64,000 bases of DNA from Raillietiella orientalis. Lineage: Eukaryota. The notes beneath the pieces were generated by a model, which was given only the letters and a program-made list of their open reading frames with translations, did not search any database and had not been told where the DNA came from. Location of the stretch: the NCBI GenBank assembly GCA_036172245.1, contig JAYWIR010000033.1:1798001-1862000 (forward strand), given 5' to 3'. The position numbers were made by a program, and so were the translations under genes. Positions 1 through 11,300 of the stretch are shown here, piece by piece (within the stretch, counting starts at the first letter, position 1; each line of letters starts with the position of its first letter).

Positions 1-3000
1 GGGAAGAAGGAGATCAGGAAACGGGAAGGAATGGCTCAATAGAGACAGTCGAGCAGGAGGAAGGAAGGAGGCGGAAACGGGAAGAGGGAAGGGGGGAACG
101 GAAGAAAAGGACTTGTGCGTCCTTCCGAATTTCCATCAGTCCAGTCTGGTCCGCGTTGAATAGCATCAGGAACATTGTCCTCAACTCCGACTGTATACCA
201 CTTGCACATCGTAGACGCACGAAGCAACTAGTCCTGGAAATGGATGATGTCCAAGCGTCGAGCTCACCACATCCGGCCGTCGGGACAGAAGCGTTCCTGA
301 CTCCCGGCGTACCCGCCGTCCTCCGATGGCGGATTCTTCAGGTTCCGACGAGAGAGAGGGTAGAGGGGGTGCTCGCAGAAGGGTTTTGGAACACAAGTTC
401 TCCTGGGGCAGCCTCCGGAACACATCTTGATGGTAGTGTCTGGTGCTCCAGTGAGATCCTGCAGGTCTGACGTGGGGGATCCTTTGAGCGCGGTCCAGTG
501 GATCCTGAGTCCTCAGAGATGGTTCGAGATCGTGCATCGGTGCAAGCTCTAATCCGTGTGTGACGAGTGACGCCCTGCTAGAGTCGTGCGCCACGTCCTT
601 CCATGCATGAAGGAACGCATGTTCCTCCTTCTTCTCTCGTCCGCCTTCCCCGCTCAGCACGCACGTTCTGAAGCTTGCGTGAGTACACGCGGGCGTGCAT
701 GTGCACGCGACGTGCGCGCCTGCGCGTGCCTGTAGGCGCGCGCGAGCCGGGACGACGCATGAGTTCCTCCGGCGCATGAGCTCCTGGGTGAGAGCGCACT
801 CATCAGCCTGTGCGTCAAAGCGGCGCTCCACGTGATCCATCCCGCTTAAAAGGGTGTTCCCCAAGTCGCGGGACTCCCGTGGAAGGACCTTGTTGCGCGG
901 GAAGGTAGGATTTCCCCGTTCGTGGGAGCTCTTTGGGCATTACTTTTTTCAGAAGGTTCCACCTCCATCCGGTCGCCTTCGGGCCACTCGGGGACAAAGC
1001 ACGCCCCCAGGACTAGTTTTTTCTCCCGCTCGGGAGACGAGCAAGGAGGAGAGCGAGGCAAAAAAAATGGAAGGAGGTGGAGGAGGGGCGAGCGAGAAAG
1101 GATGAAGAAACGAGAGAGAGGGAAGATGCAGGATGGCGGCGTCGCGAAGCGAAAGGAAGAATTTATTAATAAAACGGTCCATCCATCATCCTGGGCTGAG
1201 GCATCGCCGGAGAAGCGTCCGCATCGCCATCAGGAGCTGTCAGGTCTCTTCATTCCGACTGACGTCCTCCCGAGAAGAGCGGGTTCGCCGCCCGCCCGGA
1301 AGAGAGGAGGCCGGCGTGGGGACCAGGAACATCAATTATCCCGACGCGTCAACCTGGTTACGTGCGCTCCGCGAAGCGTGAGCGATGCGGAAGGAGGAGA
1401 CGAAACCGAGATGGAAGGAGGAAGGAGGGAGGTAACGCTCTTCCGGATAGCCGCAGCAGGGACGCTTCCGGGAGCACGGGAGATCGGACCATCCAGCAGC
1501 ATCCGTGTTCTCGGTGCCGCCAGAGTCAGAAGCGGCCCTCTTTTTCCCTTCCCTCCCCCTTTTGTTCTCTTTCTTCTGCCATCTTCACCGCCGTCTCGGC
1601 TCCCGTCGACCGTGGGCGCTCCACCGAGACCCACGGTCCAGTCCCGGCTCACCCGAAAGGAGAACTGCGCCACCGTCGCCACAAACCCGCCTCGCGCTCA
1701 ACAAGACGGAGCAAACACGCATGCATGCACAGGAAGGAGACGAACGAATCTCCTTGGTAGCAGGTCGCTTTGGACCGCCATCCCGCGCGCGAGAGCTCTT
1801 CATCCTCCATTTCCCAGGGCGCTCTGCCGCGTTCTTCGGGACGATTCCAGCCGTGCGCCCTGCCCCCATCCGCCGCGCTTTGTCGTCTCTTCCCTGAAAA
1901 TAGAACGTTTTGTTTCTGGAAACACGAGACAAAGTAAACAGAGCCACGCAGGGAGGCGTCGTGCGCTTCCGGAGACGGAAAGTAAACAGCGCGGGTCCCC
2001 GAGACGGGACAGTAGCAGCAGCAGCGCTCCAGGGTTGCCGGGAGAGGAGAGGAGCGGGGAGTACGGAAGACGACGCGGCGTTCGGCGGTGGCGCGCGTGG
2101 GCGCGCGTGCAGGGACGTGCGTCGTCGTCGTCGTCTCGCAACCGGCAGGAAGAGGATGATGAGGAGGAGGAAAAGTCGCGCGCAACCTTCCTCCCCTCCC
2201 CCCTTCCCTGACGAAGTCCAGCCGAATGACACCCCCGCGGGAAGAGGGACTACGGGGGAAGAAGGCGAGGAGAGAATCTCAAGTGTCCTTGTTTTTTGCC
2301 CCGCCGCCGCCGCCGCCGCAATCCACCCTCTCTGGACCGTTTGTTCGTCCGCCAGGCTCCCCCCTGCAGGTTCCGCGGGCGGCTGCAGGAGCAGCGATGC
2401 GCGCGGTGGCTGCATCTGCACTCAACACCTACTCAGTGATCCACCGCAGGGGCCGCCATCCACCTGCGCTCTGAAATGATCCCGGCCGATTCTCCCGCAT
2501 CCAGAAAGAAACTCATCTTGCGCACCAGCATCGGCGATGGCGCGCTTCCCTCTGCGGAGACCCGAAGCGTCCTTGGGACGCTCCCATCCCCCGAAGGATT
2601 CTACCGCATCCGCATCCCGTCTGTAAAATCCGTCCGAATCCGCATCACTTTTAACATCCTCCGTACTCCCCCCCCCCCTTTCTCCCGTATCGTGCAGACG
2701 CTCGTATGCGACCGATTAATCTGCACAGACAAGACGTCGGCATCAGCCGGTGTTTGTCTGCGACCGACACCACATTTGCATCCCGCGGATTGATTTGCAT
2801 CCACGTCCTCATGCTGTCTGTGGGATCTCCCCTTATCCACGCCACACTCGTGTTTGCCCGGATTTAACCGAAAGGCAACCGTCTTGTGCGTGTCTGTCGA
2901 GCGGGACTGACGATGTGCCGGGTCTTCCCGTAGCGGGCTGGTCGTCGCGTCTGTCCGCTCGCGTCGGTTTGCCCGTGCGGATAACTCTACGCGTACACCC

Positions 3001-4663
3001 GGTCCGCATCCACGAGTGCGGTGTACGGCGCGTCCGTGTGTCGCCGCCGCCGGAGTAAACAGCCTGGGCTTTCTGGCCGGTGAGTACCTCACTTGTTGTT
3101 TTTCGCGGGCGCGCCTGGCGCAAAAGCGCGGTGGTGGCCCCACGGGCGGGCCCTCTATCGCCTTCCGCCGCCCATGCGCGCCTCCAGCTGGAGAGCGTTC
3201 CGCCGGCGCGTTCTTTGCCGATGGGTCGTCGAGGTCCTTTCTCCTTCCCCCCCTTTTTTTTCTTTTTCCCCTTTTTTTTGCTCCTCTCCTTCTTCCAGGG
3301 ATTCCCGGAAAGGCTGCGCGTGATTCTGCAGTTGCGAGCGGCCTGCCGCACGTGGCAAGTCGTCGCTCCTCCGGTCGTGTCATCCGATCATCGGCAGAGT
3401 CCTAGACGGGATTCCATTTGCGTCTCGCCACGTAGGGAGCACAAGTGCGGGGAACGTTTCCCGATGCGTAATTGTCGCAGTACTGCCAATTAAATGCGAA
3501 CCTCCGACGGAGGTTCGATTGAGAGCAGGTTAAATGATTTAATTGGCAGCCGAAGAGACAAAGTGCCGCTCGCGTGACGACAAATCTAAATCCGTACGTC
3601 TTCCTCCAGAGAATGGCATCGGAAGAACAATCTCTGTTTGTGCTTTTCTTGGCAGCTCTGGTGGCGCTATCTGGTTGTCAAGAAGTTTTCACATCTTCGC
3701 TAGAGCGCTCCGAAGAGACGAAGCATAAATATTTGTCTGCTGATTGCTTTCTGCAAGTCATGATTAAGGCACTTTGAGCACCTCGCCTTAGACAAAGAGA
3801 TGGACCTGCAGCTCGCTTTTTGCTCACTGCTCGGCTCTCGACAGTGCAACAGTTTAGAAGGCAGCGAAGGTCTCCTTTTAGTTCATTACTCTTTCCATTA
3901 CCATTTTATGAATACTGAGGCAGCGCCTGCCACATGACGACGATGCGTACGCAGATGAAAAAAAAAAAAAAGAAAAAAAAAGTGCTGGTCCAATTGACTG
4001 AAATAATTAAGATTATGTGAACAGAAGCACAACGATGTTTGCAGCTCGCAAAGCGACGACGCGGATAGGGTCTCTTGTTTTGCTTAGAATACTTCAGGCT
4101 CTCTCATTAGGTGGTCTCCAGAGAAACACGAAAACACGGAATAACACATGGATGTTTGCTCTGCATCACTTTTCGTTTGATGTGTGTTTTTCTCCCTTTT
4201 CGTTGAGAGCCGAAAAGTGTAGCCGTAACTCCCAAGCATCTCGTGCTAAGCCGTCCTCGTCGAGCTGGGCGTTTCGTGAAAATTCGAAAAACTCCCTCAT
4301 CACCGAAAGTCATTAGTCAGCATCCGAGGCCCAGTCCCGCTCGGCCAGCTAAGATTTCCGTGGGTCGCAGAGCGAAATACATCGAGATTTTTTTTTTAGG
4401 AACGATAGGCATCCGTATCCATGAATTCAGAAAATGCGCGGAGCTCCCTCGAGCAGTGATTAATCTTGAAAATAACACCGAGTTCAATTAAGAGGATCCG
4501 AGAGTTCAAGTACGTCATGAGAGGGAAAACGAATTCACCCCCCTCCCAAAAAAAAAAAAAAAACGACATTCGGGGGGGGGGGGGGATGAAATTTTCAGTT
4601 TTGCACAGTGAAAGGGAGCCACCGGCCCCAAGTGGAGCGCAGGGAACCAATTCGCCACTTCCC

Positions 4664-7660
4664 ACTTACATGGGATCTTGAAAGGGTACTTGGGACCTAC
4701 GACAGACGGCTCGGTCGACTTGGTTTCCGACCTACGGCCGTGTGCCCCGTAAGGTGAATGGCTGGGGGATCGTAGGATTTTTCGTAGACTCGGTTTCATG
4801 AGGTACGTGGGTGCAAACGTTCTTTAGCATGCCGCCACCGGTGATTGCCATCATCGTGCTGTGTCACCAGGTGCAGCCTTGTCCTCGCATGACCCCATTA
4901 CCGTCCTGCACTAGAATCGGAACGAAGAAGGGTACATCTTGGGAACGCCTAGCAGCAGCTATGGGTTCCATAGCTGGTACAAGATGTGCTCTCCCACAGT
5001 TGAAACACAAGCTCCCTTTCAAAATTTGAATACGTCCTTTTGTACGTTCTGAGAGTCGAGGATTGTCCCGGGAAGCTTCCGTGAATCTGCCTAAGAGAAG
5101 TTGCGTCTGTTAAGGGACAAAACAAAGAAAAGAGTTATTTTCAGGGAATGGCTTTTTCTTTTATTTACGTACTGCAATGCCGCAGAATGCTTTTTGTCTT
5201 TGTAGTAGTAGCAGGATGTCTTTTGCAGTAGGTGCCCTCGTAGTAGGGACACACTGAACTCTGCATATTTTGCAAGAAGCATCTCCAACAGAACTATTGC
5301 AATCAGATGAACATTACTGCACTTCCATACGCTGTATTGAGATTTGGATGCGGAAGAACAAATCTTTTCGCTCCTTGTGCCCTCAGCAGGGATCTGCCTC
5401 CTAGAGTCGTCCCATGGAAGTCGAATTCCATCCCAAGAACCAAGTACTTTCACACGGCAGTATCAGTTTCGTGAGTAGGTCGTCAAAAGCTTTCTGAAAA
5501 ATGAAATCACTCCTCAAATACCACGTACAATGGTTGCATAAAAAAAGGATTTTTCAAACAGTTCAACTTGCGTTGAGCTCGCGATTACGTTTGTAATTTC
5601 CACAGCATCTCCATAGCTTGCTGAATGATTCATGGGAACAGGAACTGAATCTGAGCCACAGTTTGCATCGCAGAAGGCGAATCACGTCGTCAGATAGATC
5701 CTCTTGCAGCAGAGGGGCATCGCCGTGCACCAAAAGCGCCACGACATCTCAGGGGCGCGAGCTTTGCCTTTGAAGAAGGGAGGCACACTTTACTCAGTGC
5801 TACCAAATGCTCGACCCGCAAGCCCCGAAGTTTGAGAGGTCCGAGAATTCCCGTGGCAGACAGTCTTTTCCCGCTGGCGTGCAAGCAGGGATCCGGGAGT
5901 GCTCAACTCACACAGGCCTCCTGGAAGGAGAGGCCCGTCCTGGAGGACACCGACCCGTTTCTCCGCGATTCCTTCCTCGCTCGAACCGGCTCAGCTTTTA
6001 GAATGCTATACTATTTGCTGATCCTCGACACCTTCGAGAGCGCCTTCGAGACCCGAAGACAAAAATGAAACCAAAGGCGCGACTTGCCAACAGCTCGATC
6101 TGCAAAATTTCCGAATCAATACAACAACGCGGATGAGACACCCTCTTTCCGGCTCTGTTCTCAGTTTCCATAAGGAAAAAGCAAGCGGGTCGGGGGCTGC
6201 GGCAGTGGGTTCCGTCATGGTCTTGGAAAGCAAGAATTTGGGAACATCTTGTGTCAGAACACGACCTCTGAGAAGAATGGGAATGGTTCCTGAGGTTCTG
6301 TTGGGGCTCTTGAGACCTCATGGGCCGGCAAGCCGTTCACTCTTCGATGAAGATCATTTGTGCCTTTCCTCCTCAGTGCTGAGGGAGTTGATAGAAAAGA
6401 AGTGGATAGCATGGATCAGATGCATCCCAAGGCTGCACGAGGAGTCGTCGAACCAGTGAAGCCGTATTCTAATATCGTAGAATGAGGAAACTTCTATTCT
6501 AAGTAAACGATTGCAGCGGATGAGTTTAATTCTCCATTCTCATTTGCTGCTAATTCCAAGTGCTGTGGTTCCATTTCCTGAAGGAAGTGCAAAAGTAGGC
6601 AGTGAAAGGATAAGCACATAGTGTGCCAACTAAAGAGGAAGATGGACAGTGTTTCTAGAATCTCGGTAGAAAGTAGTTCACAAAATGGCGAACTCGTCCC
6701 TGTGGACGTTCAGTCATGAATTTTGAGCTACCGACTGAATCCATAAGCAGAACAGTATCTGATGTGCAAATCATTCTGGAGGATCTGGAATGATGGTGAT
6801 CTGCGAGAATAATATGATTGTATCCCCCGAAGAATCTCTGGAAGGAAGATAAAGAGGATGAAATTAAATTTCAAAATATGGCCACTAGGATCCAGACCCA
6901 GTAAAATGCTCACAGTGAACGCCTAGAATCTCCAAGAAGAGCATTTTTCACGGCAAGCTATCCAATGGTTGAGGGACCATTCAAGAAATTTCTTGCACAG
7001 AAAAAATGTAGGAAAGATGAGAGCGATCGAAACCCCTGAACGTTCAGAATGGAACCTGAGGAGCCGGTGAAGACGACAGAAAAGGCATCTTTGGTGTGTT
7101 CGACACTTTCCTAAAGGAATAGGCAGCCGGACCAGGACACCGAATAGGATGTAGGATTATCGGCGAATTATCCCGACGTTGAGCTTACTTATAACGCTTC
7201 CTCTTTTCAAAGAGTCTTTTTCAACAAATGGTCCTGGGGAACTCGTCTTACCACCATCGCAGAGCCGTAAGAAAGTGGTAATAATCATCTCGATGCCTCG
7301 GAACTCCGGGATGAATTCGGGACTGTCTGTGACGAAATTAAGCGTCCTTGTAGGTTGCCGACTGTTGTGTCCTTGCACCTTCCTCAGAATAGGAATGGCA
7401 GAACTGTCAGAGTTGGGGACGCGAACATCTGGGATAAACTCCAGATCGGATATGCCTGTGGAATTTGCCAGAGGAATTCCGAAAGAGGCAGCTGTCTCGC
7501 TCCAGTTGGAGATGGGAAGAAAATCTCTTGGAATGGAGCAGTAGGTAGAACCGAAAAAGTCGTCCTCGATGTTGTATTCTTTCCCCACTGTGTAAGCAGA
7601 GCCACGCGATTCTGTCGCCCAATCTCTTGAGCAGGGAGGCAGCACTCATGTTAGTGTCTG
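4664..7660 (-). ncRNA. Candidate multi-exon minus-strand transcript (lncRNA or decayed gene)
   Basis: A series of minus-strand splice signals brackets short introns: 7111-7188 (GTAAGC..cctattcctttag, 78 nt), 6838-6913 (GTGAGC..ctctttatcttccttccag, 76 nt) and 5107-5172 (GTACGT..tttgttttgtcccttaacag, 66 nt). Further acceptors occur at 7658, 6578 and 5494, and a GTAAGT donor at 4669. No continuous ORF through the junctions. Confidence 0.3.
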
Positions 7661-8348
7661 GAAGGAAGTGTTGACTTAGTGTTGACGTGCTAGTCTTGCT
7701 GCGAAGGCACTCCTGCAGTCCTTTCTCTAAATCAGAAGCGTTAAAAAAAACCCTCTTCTGCTGCTGCTGTTTGAGTTGGTCTTCGAGTCTGTTTCTCTGA
7801 CTCGCTTTGTGTAGGCAGCAGCAGCGGAAGAAACTTATGTGAAACTTATGCAGCGCAAAGGACTACAGTGTTATACATTAAAGAGCGCTGTGCAGGATCG
7901 CTGCAGTGTGTGTGTGGGTGTCTCTGTCCTCATTCTGGAAAGGAAAAGCAGTAGACTGAGTGACATTCTCAATTTCGAGTTCTCCCTTTTTTCTCTTTTT
8001 TTTTTTTTTTGTTTCTTTTTTTCCGTCTGCTTCCCTGCAAAAAATCAAGAAAATGAGATGAAAAACATGGCTTTATGCTTGATAGCCTGAAATGAGACCA
8101 AATCCCTGCCTCTTCCAGGATGTCAGGCAAATCGCTTGCAATCGATTCCATCTAAAGGAGAAATGGTCGTTATTCGAAAACACACGCACACCCATACGCG
8201 CTACTGTCCACATGTGTTCAGTGTCACATGTTGCATTCCTTCTGCATGTTCTTAGCACGGTATCCGAGGACGAAACACATCGTGCCGTAGTTTCCAGACA
8301 GTAAAAGTTTCAGCGATCCCTGTATAAGGGGCATAGGGTACCACATAT

Positions 8349-8351
<3 letters not shown>

Positions 8352-8389
<38 letters not shown>

Positions 8390-8398
8390 ACACACACA
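8352..8398. repeat. (CA)n microsatellite
   Basis: Directly visible CA run with one GA interruption. Confidence 0.95.
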
Positions 8399-11300
8399 GA
8401 CGGTGGACAGCAACTATGTCAGCGTGGTGATATCGTGTTAGCACCACGCACTCATGATCAGTTTTTGTGATAAAGAGGAAGAAGCAGTCTGAGGGAAATC
8501 CAGACTCGTCCACAGAGGATGCAGAATGGCCATGGACCAGTTAATTAGCGCTTGTGTGGACAGAAACACTGAGAAAACACGACGGCAGGCAGGTGGGTGC
8601 TGTTTTGTGGAAAACAATGGCGGACACCGGCGTAAAACTCGGACGTCGATGATCACGCCGTAGAGCGTTTCCTGTTTGGAAGGAAACTCTTTAGAAGATC
8701 CGCTGCCAAAGTTACGGGTCCTCTGACAGTTCGACAACTTCGGCATCCATCAATCAGGGATGGAAAGAATTTTCTTACCACAATATAGATCCGAGCTAGA
8801 TGAAACGTTTTTCCTAATACGGAAAAACGCAGCGCCGACGATTCCTGTCATCCAGTTTCCCTCTGAACGTTAGTGATGCTAGTACGAAATCTTAGAGCAC
8901 GAGTTGCCGTTCGGTACCCCTGCATAAACAGACGTGTTGTTCCTCTCGACGCTATCGATAGAGAGCAGAGACGAAGTTTCGTTGGCAGCGCTTATTGAGA
9001 CCCGAATTTCTAAACCCGAAAATGGCGTCCCGATCTCGAGTAACCCGGCTTCCTTGAATCTGCGGTCCACGAAACACCAGTTTCGCTGCCAGCATCTCCA
9101 CCGTCTTATCCCGGCAAGCGCATTTGCGACTGGGTTTATCGTTTCATCGGCTGCGGAATTCATTGAGGCGGTCCTCGTAGATAAGTGCAATTAAACACGA
9201 GAAAGCGAAAGATGAGCACACGCCAGGTGTAGTGTCACCTATGCGAGTGGAAGGCGGGAACTGCACGTCGCTCCACCCAACCGATGTCAACGCACCGTCT
9301 GATGTCACCGAGGGTGATGTCAACTCGAGAGCCGCTGAGGCAGGAGGGTGGAACCGATTCCACACAGTCGGACAGCATCACTTAACCAGCGTCATATTAC
9401 GCAGCGAGACGCAGGTCTGGTGTGTGAGGTTCCGTTCACTGTCGTGCGGTGCTGCAACTCGAGTACGTCGGAAAGTTTCCACGCCGCCAGGATGTAATGG
9501 TGAAGGACTCCACAGTACTTGTAAGTTCTTCCTCTCTGTCTTGTGTTTGCGAACAGCATCCGTTTGTACTGTTGGAGTGCACGGTATCGCCCACTGTCGC
9601 GGTGTTTACCGATTTTTTTTTTTTTGCCTTGGAAAAATGAAAAACAAAAAAAATAAAAATAAAAAAACAACGAAACGGACGCCGATCTTTTCCCGAGTTG
9701 CCGCCGCTCTTCTTCGAATTAAATCGGCGGGAAGGTTTTGGTGTGTACACCGTCGTCTTTCGGTGCGCGGGATGTGTACGCCATGTTTCCCTAAGCCGAT
9801 TTCCGCGTTCACCGCAACCCGGATACACCAAAATGCCTCCGAAACCAAGGAGCGAACACCCGCTCCTTGATTTCGGTGTTCCCCTTGAATTACCTTTGGT
9901 TTTGAAACACTTTCAGGGATGGGTTTAGGCAAGAGGGGAACCGTGTGTAGGTCAGCTTGATTCCCTATTAGACAGAAGTACGGGACGTGGTCCACGGTAG
10001 CTAGCTTTCAAAAAGGACACACACAGGTGGTCATTCGTTCGAACACGCGAAACATCGCATGTTGTACGTCTCGTAAGTACGACTTCGCCGTGAACACCTG
10101 GGTTGTTGTTGCTTTGTACACAGTGAGTTTCCATGGCACAGAAAAGATTTCCGATTCACGGTGCACCTGTACAGATTCCGTAGAGAGATCTCTTTAAGCC
10201 AACATCTTGAAAAAATTCGGTTGTATTGTTGCTCTCTCGTTGTTAGCAACTGAGGGTTTTAGGAACGGCTTCTTGCAGAAATCTTCTAGTTTTCACGTGC
10301 AGATGTCTCGTGCGGAATCTTCCTTGATCTGCTCTGTTCTCTGTTTCTTTATTTCTCGTCACCGTTGAAATAAAATGTACAAGACTTGTAAGGTGAAATG
10401 AAACTACGATTAGCGGAACTTTTGAGGAGGTGTGCATGCCAGAGGAATAAAAGAGTGCTGCCGAGGAAACGTACATCTGAGAGGGGAAATTCGCTCTACC
10501 TCAAACGACGAGTGAATCCGCATGCCAACCACCGACGTCCTTACTAATTAATTTCTCCCGTTTTGAAATGGATGAGCAATTAGCAGCATTAATTGCATCA
10601 AAAGAATGAGTACATGAGAAAACAGTTTCGAATCCACCTATAAAAAAAAAATGGTCCAAAATGGATATGATCACACCGTTAACAAAAGAATGGAAGAGGG
10701 GGAGTATTAACCCCCAGTGAAGTGACAGATCCCGAGAGTCTGAAATTACTGAGACTCTTTGGAGGGAACAGCGGCAAATCCTTCCTGCCGCAATCCATAG
10801 GCGGATTTAAATAGCGGTGTTAACCTCTTGACATCACTAAGTATAGCACATTGTGGTTTTCATGATGTGCTAAACTTCTTCAGCTGTGGGCATACTCACT
10901 TCAGTCGCGTTTTCCCCATTGTTGCACAAGAGGGAGGTTCTCTCCATTGTTTCACGAAGTCGGGTCATTGTTGCAAGATGCGGAACTTCTGTTCATTGTT
11001 GCATTGAGACATATCCTCTGTAACTCGAATCCGCTCCATTCTTTCGCCTGGAAATGGGCAAGGAACGGGAGGGCGGGAAAGAGCTTGTGGACATCGCTGA
11101 GGGTGTGTCTGTTCGTACTTTTATACACGCATGCGAAGGTGCTCGTCCAGTGCCTGGGAGTTCCCCCCCTCCATGCTCCCATCCCTCCATCTTCAAAAGA
11201 ATGGGCATCCCATCTTTTCCCTACCGCGTCTCCCGATGTCACACAACTCCTCTGCCGGCCATGGAGCCGGCAGAGGAGTTTTCGCCTACCACCCACTTGC

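Noticed and set aside
760..812. CUGAUGA hammerhead core on the minus strand (800-806)
   Set aside because: No properly placed stem II-GAAA or stem I/III pairing.
922..2211. 429-aa ORF and other long GC-rich ORFs (16298..17554, 19141..20373, 44937..46232, 57145..58320)
   Set aside because: They translate microsatellites and purine/pyrimidine tracts, have no domain signatures, and multiple frames are open. The 44937 ORF crosses the real exon in a different frame.
7157..7645. 162-aa minus-strand ORF with protein-like composition
   Set aside because: No ATG start in that frame and no recognisable family; it does not continue through the adjacent predicted splice junction beyond about 60 codons. 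Kept only as part of the candidate non-coding transcript.
10698..10715. Hairpin with AGTATTAA loop resembling a CRESS-DNA virus origin (TAGTATTAC)
   Set aside because: The loop lacks the invariant TATT^AC, the stem is only 5 bp, and no Rep ORF is nearby.
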